A stretch of 64,000 bases of DNA from an uncultured delta proteobacterium (GTDB taxonomy: Bacteria > Desulfobacterota > Binatia > DP-6), in NCBI GenBank assembly GCA_963815115.1, contig CAWFFN010000005.1, positions 384,001-448,000 on the forward strand. The letters run 5' to 3'. Below are positions 1-8,681 of this stretch, in pieces. Below the pieces are notes generated by a model. The model was not told the DNA's origin, did not search any database, and saw only the letters and a list, made by a program, of their open reading frames with translations. Position 1 is the stretch's first letter. Every line of letters starts with the position of its first letter. The translations under genes were made by a program, and so were the position numbers.

Positions 1-774
1 GTGGATGGACGTGAAGCCGAACCAGTTCTGGCGGATGCCGCGTTCCGCCATCTGGCGGTACAGCGACACGGTGCGCTCGTGCGACAGCTTGCCGTGGCCG
101 TAGAAGTTCTCGTCGCTCCAGATCATGCCACGATACTGCCCCTTGAACTCCTCGAGCTCGTCGAGCAGGTCGTCGACGGGGCGTTCGCGATATTTCCGGC
201 CCTGGAAGAGCGGGATGAAGCAGAACTCGCAGGTGTACGGGCACCCCGCCGACGCGATCGCCGCCGTGAAACGGTAGCCGTACTTGCGCCGCAGGAACTC
301 CCGGTCGGGTCGGATGTCCCGGAGGATGGACAGATCGTGCAGCCCGCCGTCGTAGTGCGGCTGGAGCTCCCCGCGCTCGAAGTCCCGCACCAGCCTGGGC
401 CACGCGGTGAACGCCTCTCGCGTGCAGATCGCATCCGCGAAGGGCCGCGCCTCCTCCGGGTAGGAGGTGGCGTGCCAGCCGCCGATGGCCACCGGGATCC
501 CCTGCGCCCGGCACGCCGTGGCGATCTGGTAGGCGCGCGGCGCCTGGTGGCTCATCGCGGTGATCCCCACCAGATCCGCGCCGTCGAACGTGATGCCGGT
601 CCCGTCCGCGGCGAGGGCCTGCTCCTTCATCTCGTCGATGATGTCGACCTCCCAGCCCGCGGGCGTGAGCGCCTTCAGGTAGGCGAGGCCGAGCGGCATC
701 TGCGTCAGGACCGAGACGTTCTCCTCGCCGACGTTGCCCGGCGGATGCGGGCTGATGAGCACCAGGCGCTTCAT
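1..774 (-). CDS. Cobalamin-binding radical SAM enzyme (third paralog), 5' part; runs off the left edge
   Basis: Missing from the ORF track because it has no stop in the window. Hand translation from ATG 774 (TGATG overlap with the upstream stop) gives MKRLVLISPHPPGNVGEENVSVLTQMPLGLAYLKALTP...GGWHAT...ASAGCPYTCEFC...DENFYG...NWFGFTSIH, with a CxxxCxxC motif and collinear with the two upstream paralogs. Confidence 0.93.
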   Translation of the reverse strand, partial: MKRLVLISPHPPGNVGEENVSVLTQMPLGLAYLKALTPAGWEVDIIDEMKEQALAADGTGITFDGADLVGITAMSHQAPRAYQIATACRAQGIPVAIGGWHATSYPEEARPFADAICTREAFTAWPRLVRDFERGELQPHYDGGLHDLSILRDIRPDREFLRRKYGYRFTAAIASAGCPYTCEFCFIPLFQGRKYRERPVDDLLDELEEFKGQYRGMIWSDENFYGHGKLSHERTVSLYRQMAERGIRQNWFGFTSIH

Positions 775-2315
775 CAGGCTTGCCCCACCGGCTGCTTGGC
801 ATGCACGTTCTTGTAGATCGACATGAGCTTGGCCCGCTGCGGATGGTTGAAGTCCTCGAAGGCGAGCGGCACCGCGACCTGCGCCGGATTGGCCTCGTGG
901 GGGTACGCACCCGAGTCGTAGAGCTTGTGTAGCTCCATCAGGTTGGCCTCGAAGACGACCTTCCAGTCGAGGTTGATGCGGTAGGCGAACATCGAGTTCA
1001 CGAGGTTGCCGGTGGCGGCGTAGGTCTGCTTGAAGCGCTCGCGCAGCTTCTCCTTGCCGTAGATGTTGTCGTACACGTAGGTGAGCCCCTCGATGAAGCG
1101 CTCGAGCGACATGTTCTTCAGCCGATGCACGAGGTGACCGGAGTTGTAGTAGTACCAGTCGTACGGGAAGTTGGTGCGGAAGATGCGCTGCTCGCTGCTC
1201 AGGCGGTCGAAGAGCTCGGTGCGCACCATGGGCGTGTAGATGCCGAAGGTGCAGACGTCCATTCCGGTCTCCCAGACGGCGTCGACGACCTGCTTGAAGG
1301 TGTCTTCCTTGTCGAAGTCGGTTCCGAAGATCACCGAGCTCCACACGATCAGCCCGTGCCGGTGGAGGTTGCCGAAGCAGTGCCGGTAGCTGTCGAGGAA
1401 CGAGGTCGAAGCCTTCTTGGCGATGCCGATGTTGACCGACTTGTGCATCTTCTTGAGCGTGTCGTAGTCGAGTGACTCGATGCCCATCAGGATGCCGAGG
1501 CAGCCGCTCTTCGCCATGTAGTCGAGCACGACGTCGTCCTGGGTGACGTTGAGCGACGTGAAGCCGAACCAGTTCTTCTTGAGATCGCGCTCCGCCCACC
1601 CCTTGAAGAGCTTGCGGCAGCGTTCCTGCGAGTCGGGCGTGTAGCCGTAGAAGTTGTCCTCCGCGAGCATGAGCCCGCGGTAGTCGGTGTGGGCGAGCTC
1701 GTTCCAGACGTCCTCCGGCGGGCGCTGGCGGTACTTGCGGCCCTGGATGAAGGGGACACAGCAGAAGTCGCACTTGAACGGGCAGCCGCGGGTCGTGATG
1801 ATCGACGAGTACTTGTAGCGGTACTTGTCGCGCAGCCACTCCCGGTCGGGGTGGATGTCCCTGAGCTCCTCGAGCGGCGTCGGGCCGCCGTGGTAGGTGG
1901 GCTGGAGACGCCCGCCATCGAAGTCGGCGAGCACCTGCGGCCACACCCGCTCGGCCTCGCCGATGACCACGCTGTTCACGTGGGCGCTCGCCTCCTCCGG
2001 GAGAATGGTCGCGTGGGCGCCGCCGGCGACCGTCGGCACGCCCGCCTTGCGACACGCCTCGGCGATCTCGTAGAGCCGCGGCACCTGGTAGGTCACGGCC
2101 GTGATCCCGACGAGGTCGGCATGGCCGAAGGTCAGGTTGCCCTGCGCGTCGACGGCCCGCTCGAGGGTCTCGTCGATGACGTCGACCTCCCATTCGTCGC
2201 GCGGCGTCAGCGCGGCGATGTAGGCGAGGTTGAGCGGCATCTGCACGATGACCGAGATGTTCTCCTCGCCGAAGTGCTTCTCGGGATAGGCGTTGATCAG
2301 AACGAGTCGCTTCAT
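774..2315 (-). CDS. Cobalamin-binding radical SAM enzyme, 513 aa
   Basis: C-terminal part of ORF 774..3512. True start MKRLVLINAYP at 2315 behind an AAGGGAG RBS. B12-binding N-terminus (MPLNLAYIAA...GGAHAT), TTRGCPFKCDFC cluster motif, EDNF and GIES motifs. Confidence 0.94.
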   Translation of the reverse strand: MKRLVLINAYPEKHFGEENISVIVQMPLNLAYIAALTPRDEWEVDVIDETLERAVDAQGNLTFGHADLVGITAVTYQVPRLYEIAEACRKAGVPTVAGGAHATILPEEASAHVNSVVIGEAERVWPQVLADFDGGRLQPTYHGGPTPLEELRDIHPDREWLRDKYRYKYSSIITTRGCPFKCDFCCVPFIQGRKYRQRPPEDVWNELAHTDYRGLMLAEDNFYGYTPDSQERCRKLFKGWAERDLKKNWFGFTSLNVTQDDVVLDYMAKSGCLGILMGIESLDYDTLKKMHKSVNIGIAKKASTSFLDSYRHCFGNLHRHGLIVWSSVIFGTDFDKEDTFKQVVDAVWETGMDVCTFGIYTPMVRTELFDRLSSEQRIFRTNFPYDWYYYNSGHLVHRLKNMSLERFIEGLTYVYDNIYGKEKLRERFKQTYAATGNLVNSMFAYRINLDWKVVFEANLMELHKLYDSGAYPHEANPAQVAVPLAFEDFNHPQRAKLMSIYKNVHAKQPVGQA

Positions 2316-2326
2316 CGCGTCTCCCT

Positions 2327-3775
2327 TCAGTGCGCCGTGGCGGCGGTGCTCGCGCTGCCCACGCTCACTCGCTCGGCGGGGTAGGCGCCCGAGTCGTAGA
2401 GGCCGTGCAGGTTGCGGAGAATCTGCTCGAACACGCGCTGCCAGTCCTGGCCGACGCGGTACGCGAACAGCGCGGTGCGCGGGTTGCCGGTCGCCTGGAG
2501 CGAGCGTCGGAACCGGGCGCGGAGCGCCTCCTTCGTGTACAGGTGATCGTAGACGTAGTGCATGCCCGTGATGAAGTCCTCGAGGGTCATCTTGTCGAGC
2601 TTGTACGTCACGTGATCGGTCCCGTAGTGGAACCAGTCGTTGGGGTAGTTGGTGCGGAAGACGCGGCCCTCGCCGAGAAGGCGCTTGTGCATCGGCGTAT
2701 TCGGCAGCGGGGTGCTGATGCCGTAGGTGAGCACGTCGAGGGAGTTCTCGAGAATGTAGTCGACCATGCGACGGAAGCAGTCCTTGTCGTCCCCGTCCGC
2801 GCCGAAGATGACCGAGCCCCACACGATCATGCCGTGATCGTGGATGTTCTTGATCGAGTCGGCCATGCGGTCGACTCCGAGGCGGAGGTTGACGTCCTTC
2901 ACCATCTTCTTGAGCACGTCCTCGCTGTTCGACTCCAGGCCGATGAGGAATCCGAAGCAGCCCGATTTCGCCATGGCGTCCAGCATCACCAGGTCCTGGC
3001 CGGTGGCGAGGGTCGAGAACCCGAACCAGTCCTTCCACATCTTGCGCTCGACCATGCCCTGGAAGAGCTGGCGCGCCCGCTCGTTGGCTCGCTTGCTGTA
3101 GCCGTAGAAGTTGTCCTCGGCGAGCATCAGGCCCTTGTACTTGGTCGCATCCATCTCGGCCCAGACGTCCTCCACCGGCCGCTCCCGGAACTGGCGCCCC
3201 TGGAACACGGGAACGCTGCAGAACTCGCAGCGGAACGGGCATCCCTTCGTGGTGACGATCGACGAGTACTTGTAGCCGTACTTCTCGCGGCAGAACTCCC
3301 GGTCCGGGTGGACCCGGCCGACGAGCTCGAGGGAAGGCAGCCCGCCGTCGTAGAGCGGCTGGAGGTCGCCGCGCGCGAAGTCGTCGAGGATCGACCGCCA
3401 CGTCAGCTCGGCCTCGCCGGTGCACACCGCGTCGGCGTGGCGTTGCGCCTCTTCGACCATCGCCGAGACGTGAATGCCGCCCATCACCACCTTCATGCCG
3501 CGCCGCCGGCATGCGTCCGCGATCTGGTACGCCCGCGGGCTCTGGTAGGTGAGCGACGTGATGGCGACGAGGTCCGCGTCGAAGATCGGCTCGCCGCGCT
3601 CGTCGAGCGCGAGCTCGATGGTCTCGTCGACCAGGTCACGCTCCCATTCGTCCTGCGGCGTCAGCGCGGCCAGGTAGGCGAGATTCAGCGGCATCTGCAC
3701 GATCACGGAGATGCTCTCCTCGCCGTGTCGCTCCGGCGGATGGGGGTTGACGAACACCACCTTGCGTCGATCCAT
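2327..3775 (-). CDS. Cobalamin-binding radical SAM enzyme, 482 aa
   Basis: C-terminal part of ORF 2327..4717. Start MDRRKVVFVNP at 3775 with an AGGAGGGAG RBS. Motifs MPLNLAYLAA, GGIHVS, TTKGCPFRCEFC, EDNF, GLES. Confidence 0.94.
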   Translation of the reverse strand: MDRRKVVFVNPHPPERHGEESISVIVQMPLNLAYLAALTPQDEWERDLVDETIELALDERGEPIFDADLVAITSLTYQSPRAYQIADACRRRGMKVVMGGIHVSAMVEEAQRHADAVCTGEAELTWRSILDDFARGDLQPLYDGGLPSLELVGRVHPDREFCREKYGYKYSSIVTTKGCPFRCEFCSVPVFQGRQFRERPVEDVWAEMDATKYKGLMLAEDNFYGYSKRANERARQLFQGMVERKMWKDWFGFSTLATGQDLVMLDAMAKSGCFGFLIGLESNSEDVLKKMVKDVNLRLGVDRMADSIKNIHDHGMIVWGSVIFGADGDDKDCFRRMVDYILENSLDVLTYGISTPLPNTPMHKRLLGEGRVFRTNYPNDWFHYGTDHVTYKLDKMTLEDFITGMHYVYDHLYTKEALRARFRRSLQATGNPRTALFAYRVGQDWQRVFEQILRNLHGLYDSGAYPAERVSVGSASTAATAH

Positions 3776-3789
3776 GCGACACTCCCTCC

Positions 3790-5265
3790 TTACGCTAGCG
3801 CGGTCGTCCCGGCGTTGCCGTGGACTGCTCGCGGCGCCGCCGGCTCCCGCGCGGCGATCCGGTTCGCCACCCGCCAGCCGGAGGCGACCACCGCACACAC
3901 ACCGGGGCCCGGGATGGTCCAGTGACCGGTGAGGTACAGATTCTCGATCGGGGTCTCGTGCGCCAGGCGCCGCATCCCCGACTGCTCGGGAATCACGGCC
4001 CAGCCGTAGGGCGCACCACAGAAGTTGCTCGTCCGCTCCGCCCCGGTCGGGGGATGTGCGACCGTCATCACCTCCACGTGGCGCCGCAGCCCCGGAACGA
4101 AGTCCTCGATGCGGTCGAGCACGTCGCGCACCTTGGTCTCCTGCACGGCACGCCAGTCGCCCGCGGCCTCCTCCTCGGGCGCGAGCGAGGCGACGACGGT
4201 CATCGTGTGGTACCCCGGCGGGGCCATCCCGGGCTCGATCTGCGTCGGTGAAGAGACGTAGAGCCAGGGTCCGCCCAGCTCCTCGGAGAAGAAATAGAAG
4301 CCGCGCGCGAGGCGCTCGGGTTGGCAGCGCGCGCTCACCCCGAGGTACAGGAGCACGAACGGCGAGCTCGCGCGCAACGTCCGCAGTCGTTGCGCGTACG
4401 CCGGGTCCACGGCGCCGTCGAGCAGGCGGAAGAACGTCTGTGCCGGGTCGATGTTCGAGACCACGGCGCCGGCCGCGATCTCGCGTCCATCGGCGAGCCG
4501 GACGCCCGCGGCCCGCGTGCCGTCGAGCAGCACGTCGCGCACGGCCGTCGAGACCAGCAGGTCGCCTCCGCTGGCGACGAACCTCGCCGCGATGGCGTCG
4601 GCGAACGCCTGGGTGCCCCCGCGGGGATAGTAGGCGCCGTCGCGCCAGTAGTTGACGATCATCTGGCACATCCCGACCGCCGAGAGCTCCTGGGGAGGCG
4701 ATCCCAGGTAGCCCCACTGCCCCGACAACCCGAGCTTGAGGCGGGGATCGTCGAAGAAGGCGTCGAGCATCTCCGCGAACGTCGAGTCCTGGTAGCGGAT
4801 CAGCGTCGGGCTCTCCCGGCGCTCATCGAGCAGCGCGCGATAGAGCTTGACGATCTCGGCGAAGAACGCGTCGATGGCGCGACGCTCCCGGGGAAAGCGC
4901 TCCGCGAGCAACGCCGCGAAGGCATCCAGCCTCGTCGGAACCGGGAGCGACCAGGACGGGAAGACCAGCGTGTCCATGGGGTCGAGGCGCACGAAGTCGC
5001 ACTCGATCCCCAGAGCACGCAGGCAGCTGCCCACGATGCTCAGGCGGCCGCACCCGCTGATGTGGTGCACGGCGACGTCGAACGTGAATCCCTTCTGCGT
5101 GAACGACGAGCAGCAGCCGCCGGGCTGGGCGCTGCGCTCCACGATCAGCGTCCGCTTGCCCCGCTGCGCGAGCTGCGTGCCGCACACCAGCCCGCCGATA
5201 CCGCCGCCGACGACGACGGCGTCGTAGTCCCCCCGTACCTCGACTCGCGCGGTCCGGCCGTCCAT
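3790..5265 (-). CDS. Phytoene desaturase (CrtI)/retinol saturase-like FAD-dependent oxidoreductase
   Basis: N-terminal VVVGGGIGGL...ERSAQPGGCCSSF dinucleotide-binding motif and C-terminal ENLYLTGHWTIPGPGV motif. Confidence 0.9.
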   Translation of the reverse strand: MDGRTARVEVRGDYDAVVVGGGIGGLVCGTQLAQRGKRTLIVERSAQPGGCCSSFTQKGFTFDVAVHHISGCGRLSIVGSCLRALGIECDFVRLDPMDTLVFPSWSLPVPTRLDAFAALLAERFPRERRAIDAFFAEIVKLYRALLDERRESPTLIRYQDSTFAEMLDAFFDDPRLKLGLSGQWGYLGSPPQELSAVGMCQMIVNYWRDGAYYPRGGTQAFADAIAARFVASGGDLLVSTAVRDVLLDGTRAAGVRLADGREIAAGAVVSNIDPAQTFFRLLDGAVDPAYAQRLRTLRASSPFVLLYLGVSARCQPERLARGFYFFSEELGGPWLYVSSPTQIEPGMAPPGYHTMTVVASLAPEEEAAGDWRAVQETKVRDVLDRIEDFVPGLRRHVEVMTVAHPPTGAERTSNFCGAPYGWAVIPEQSGMRRLAHETPIENLYLTGHWTIPGPGVCAVVASGWRVANRIAAREPAAPRAVHGNAGTTALA

Positions 5266-5269
5266 CGCG

Positions 5270-6496
5270 TCAGCCCGTCGGGCAGGCCGAGAGCAGCAGG
5301 GCGGCGCAGTGCCCGGAGTAGGAGGAGGCGGTGACGAGCGCGCGGGTCACCTCCATGCGCCGCGCCACGTTCGGGACGCAATCGACGGCGCACGCCTCGT
5401 CCGCGACCCGATGGTTGATCGTCGGAGGCACCACCTGCTCCGTCAACGCCAGCAGCGCCGCCGCGGCTTGGAGTGAGCCCGACGCGTCGAGACACTCCCC
5501 GCACATGGACTTGATGGCGCTCACCGGCGGGCACGACGCGTCGCCGTCGAAGGCGGCGCGCAGGGTGCTGGCCTCGAGCCGGTCTCCCCCGGGGGTGGAA
5601 TTGGCGCCGCTGAAGACGCACCAGCCGTCCGGGGACGCGGGCGGCGTGCGCCCGAGCGCAGCGCGGATGACCCGACGGCCGTTCGCCACCGGATCCCCGC
5701 CACGCGGCCGGAAGCCGTTCCCGTATCCGGTGACCTCGCCGTAGATCCGGGCGCACCGCTCACGGGCACGCGACAGCGGCTCGAGGAACAGCAGACAGCT
5801 GCCCTCGCCCAGCACGACGCCGTCCCGGCGACGGTCGAACGGGGCGCACAGTCCGCTGCCGGAAAGCGCGCCCGTCCCCGCGAAGCCCCGGTAGACGTCT
5901 TCGCCGAGACCGAACACGCCCCCCGCCAACATGGCTCCCGCCCGACGCAGCCGGAGGAAGTCTGTGGCGTACCCGAGCGCGTCGAGGCCGCTCGTCTCGC
6001 CCGTGGCGATCGTCGCGTTCGGGCCCGTCACCCCGAGGAGAATGGAGACGCGGCTCGCCGGCGCGTTCAGCACCGTGTTGGGAAACTCCATGGGGTTCAC
6101 GTACGCCGGGCCTTCTCGCAGGGCCTCCGTGTCGAACGCGGCGATGCTGCCGATGCTCCCGTAGGTCGAGCCCACGGCGATGCCGGTCTGGTCATCCCGC
6201 ACGGGAGCCTCGCCGCCCTGCAGGACGCCGGCGTCCTCGAGCGCGAGCTTGGCCGCGCACGCGAGCAGCAACGTGGTCCGATCGAAGTGCCGGATGCCCT
6301 TGGTCCCGATGAAGGGCGCCGGCGAGAACTCGGCGATCTCCCCGGCCAGCCGGCTCCGGCCGTTCCCGGGGTCGAAGAGGGAGAGGGGACGAAGACCGGA
6401 GGCACCTGCCGCGAGGCTGCGCCAGAACGCCTCCCGCCCTGCGCCCAGGGCGGAGACGACCCCAAGACCGGTCACGACGATACGTTCCACGATCAC
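5270..6496 (-). CDS. Non-catalytic FabF-like ketosynthase (chain-length-factor-like)
   Basis: KS fold (RIVVTGLGVVS, PFDRRRDGVVLGEG). The Cys position reads TGETSG (Glu); the His motifs are replaced by SGANSTPGGD and KSMCGECL. GTG start overlaps the fabF stop (GTGA); GTG 6490 is an alternative start. Confidence 0.88.
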   Translation of the reverse strand: MIVERIVVTGLGVVSALGAGREAFWRSLAAGASGLRPLSLFDPGNGRSRLAGEIAEFSPAPFIGTKGIRHFDRTTLLLACAAKLALEDAGVLQGGEAPVRDDQTGIAVGSTYGSIGSIAAFDTEALREGPAYVNPMEFPNTVLNAPASRVSILLGVTGPNATIATGETSGLDALGYATDFLRLRRAGAMLAGGVFGLGEDVYRGFAGTGALSGSGLCAPFDRRRDGVVLGEGSCLLFLEPLSRARERCARIYGEVTGYGNGFRPRGGDPVANGRRVIRAALGRTPPASPDGWCVFSGANSTPGGDRLEASTLRAAFDGDASCPPVSAIKSMCGECLDASGSLQAAAALLALTEQVVPPTINHRVADEACAVDCVPNVARRMEVTRALVTASSYSGHCAALLLSACPTG

Positions 6497-7731
6497 CCCT
6501 CGAACCGGCGCAGGACCAGGCAGCTGTTGTTCCCCCCGAAGGCGATCGCGTTGTTGAGCGCGACGGTGAGCGACCGCCTGCGCGCTGCGTTCGGCACGTA
6601 GTCGAGATCGCAATCCGGATCGGGCGTCTCGTAGTTCATGGTCGGCGGTACGACCCCGTGGCGCAGCGCCAGCACCGAGGTGATCGCCTCGATCGCACTC
6701 GCCGCGCCCATCGTGTGACCGATCATCGACTTGGTCGAGCTCACGCAGAGCTCGTAGGCGTGCCGCCCGAAGACCCGCTTGATGGCGCGGGTCTCCACCT
6801 TGTCGTTCACGGGCGTGCCCGTGCCGTGGGCGTTGATGTAGTCGACCTCGGCGGGCGCGATGCGCGCCGACTCGAGCGCCAGCCCGATCGCACGGCTGAT
6901 GCCGTCCCCCTCCGGGTCCGGCGCCGTCATGTGGTGGCCGTCGGCGCTGATGGCGTATCCCAGCATCTCCGCGAGAATCGGCGCGCCCCGGGTGAGGGCC
7001 CCGTCGAGGGACTCCAGCACGACGATGCCGGCGCCCTCGCCCACCAGGATGCCGCGCCTCCCGCGATCGAACGGCTGGCACCGCTCCGGCGCCACGGAGC
7101 CCAGCCGGGCGAACCCGGTGAACGCCACCCGGGAGAACGGGTCCGTCCCGCCTGCCAGCATCGCGTCCGCCCTGCCGAATCTGATGGCATCGAAGGCCCA
7201 GCCGATGCTGTAGTTCCCCGCCGCGCAGGCGGTGGGAATCATCACGTTCGGACCCGAGAGGCCGAGCCAGTGCGCGATGTGGGCGGGAATCATGGCGGCG
7301 GGATGGTGGCGCAACGTCTGCCACGGGATTGCGTCCTCGCCGTCGGAGACCCTCGCCTGGTCCGCCTGTTCGAGAATCTGGATCTCGCCGCACGTGGTCC
7401 CGACGGACACCCCGACCGTGGCCTCCTCGTTGCCGCCACCGCCGAGCCCGGCATCGGCAAGGGCCAGGTGCGTCGCGGCCACGGCCAGCTGCGAAGCGCG
7501 CCCCATCCCCGAGGGCGGCGGCGCCCCGACGATCCCTTCGAAGTCGAAGTCGTGGACCTCGCAGCCCTGGTGGACCTTGTAGCGCGAAGTGTCGAAGCGC
7601 TCGATCTCCGTCACCCCGGAGGCGCCGGACAGCGCGGCCGGCCAGAAGCGCTCGCGCCCGATCCCGATGGGGGTGACCATGCCCACACCGGTTATCACCA
7701 CGCGGCGGGCGCGCTGGCCCCCGTCGGTCAT
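6493..7731 (-). CDS. fabF: 3-oxoacyl-ACP synthase II (active ketosynthase)
   Basis: Intact Cys-His-His triad: PTACAAG, NAHGTGTPVND, KSMIGHTMGAAS; C-terminal AFGGNN. Confidence 0.93.
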   Translation of the reverse strand: MTDGGQRARRVVITGVGMVTPIGIGRERFWPAALSGASGVTEIERFDTSRYKVHQGCEVHDFDFEGIVGAPPPSGMGRASQLAVAATHLALADAGLGGGGNEEATVGVSVGTTCGEIQILEQADQARVSDGEDAIPWQTLRHHPAAMIPAHIAHWLGLSGPNVMIPTACAAGNYSIGWAFDAIRFGRADAMLAGGTDPFSRVAFTGFARLGSVAPERCQPFDRGRRGILVGEGAGIVVLESLDGALTRGAPILAEMLGYAISADGHHMTAPDPEGDGISRAIGLALESARIAPAEVDYINAHGTGTPVNDKVETRAIKRVFGRHAYELCVSSTKSMIGHTMGAASAIEAITSVLALRHGVVPPTMNYETPDPDCDLDYVPNAARRRSLTVALNNAIAFGGNNSCLVLRRFEG

Positions 7732-8195
7732 CCTGGTCGATGCTCCCGGAGCGTATCGAGCCCGCGGCGATCCACCGCCGCGAACGTCAGCTTCGCCCTG
7801 GCCACCGGCTCGCCCTCGACCAGCGCCACCCCCCGCACGATGGCGGCGGTGGAGATGACCTTCTCCGCCACGACGTCGAAGAGCAGCTGATCCCCCGGGG
7901 TGACGGGCTTCAGGAACCGCGCCTCGACCGCACCGAGCAGGAAGACCTTGTCCGCATGTTGCGGCTGGTTACCGGCTCGGAAGAGCAACAGCCCGCATTG
8001 GGCGAGGGCTTCGACCATCACGGTGCCCGGCATCAGCGCAAGATCCACGAAGTGTCCCGGGAAGAAGTACTCGTTGCCGGTGACGTTCTTGAGGCAACGG
8101 ATGCGTTTGCCTTCCTCCAGCTCGAGAACGCGGTCCACGAACAGAAACGGGTAGCGATGGGGGATCAGGCGCGTGATCTCGTCGAACGAGATCAC
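7728..8195 (-). CDS. fabZ: 3-hydroxyacyl-ACP dehydratase
   Basis: IPHRYPFLFVDRV, FFPGHF...MPG...EALAQ and PVTPGDQL motifs; 4-nt overlaps with both neighbours. Confidence 0.93.
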   Translation of the reverse strand: MISFDEITRLIPHRYPFLFVDRVLELEEGKRIRCLKNVTGNEYFFPGHFVDLALMPGTVMVEALAQCGLLLFRAGNQPQHADKVFLLGAVEARFLKPVTPGDQLLFDVVAEKVISTAAIVRGVALVEGEPVARAKLTFAAVDRRGLDTLREHRPG

Positions 8196-8467
8196 AGAGC
8201 GGCCTCCAGCTTCCCTTGCTCCCGCAGCATCTCCTTCACGAGCGTGATGGCAGCGCTGAGCGTCGTCACATCGACGATGCGTTCCTCCGGCACCTCGATA
8301 CGATACTTGCGCTCGAGGGTGGCAACGATCTCGAGCGCGAGCAGCGAGTCGAGCCCGACCTCCTCGAAGAGATGGCTGTCACGCTGCGCCCACAGCTCCT
8401 CCTCCGGCTTCTCGGAGACCTCGGCCACGACCTCGGTCACGGCGCGCTCCACGTTGTCTGCGTACAT
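8192..8467 (-). CDS. Acyl carrier protein (ACP1), 91 aa
   Basis: Acidic small protein with the phosphopantetheine motif LFEEVGLDSLLALEIV. Start MYADNVE at 8467 (or GTG 8470) after GAGGAGG. Confidence 0.92.
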   Translation of the reverse strand: MYADNVERAVTEVVAEVSEKPEEELWAQRDSHLFEEVGLDSLLALEIVATLERKYRIEVPEERIVDVTTLSAAITLVKEMLREQGKLEAAL

Positions 8468-8664
8468 CACCGTGCTTGACCTCCTCAGCCTCTGCCCGCT
8501 GATTCGACCTGCGACATGCCCGCAGAGTGCGTCCCTCTCGGAACCCACGTGTGGCGTGCGGACCCCGAATGGTCTGTGCGTGTCGCCTTGGAACCGGCCC
8601 GTCTCCGTTAACCCGCGATCCACGCATGGTCAAGCAGTTCTCGATTTTCTGGAACGACCCCAAA

Positions 8665-8681
8665 CTTGGAGTGTCTCTAAG
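8665..8681. promoter_or_regulatory. Imperfect palindrome, candidate TetR operator upstream of the ACP-FabZ-FabF-rSAM sub-operon
   Basis: CTTGGAG-TGT-CTCTAAG (one mismatch) overlaps the TetR stop codon at the edge of the only sizeable (~200 bp) intergenic gap of the cluster. A minus-strand TTGACC-N17-TAACGG lies at ~8632-8604. Confidence 0.4.

Noticed and set aside
774-4717. Long N-terminal extensions on the radical SAM ORFs (912 and 796 aa)
   Set aside because: Off-frame read-through of the upstream genes; strong RBSs and paralog alignment fix the starts at 2315 and 3775.
3790-5265. Carotenoid or hopanoid pathway suggested by the CrtI-like gene, B12 rSAMs and HpnM-like protein
   Set aside because: No phytoene/squalene synthase, cyclase or prenyltransferase is in the window; the context is ACP/KS-based.
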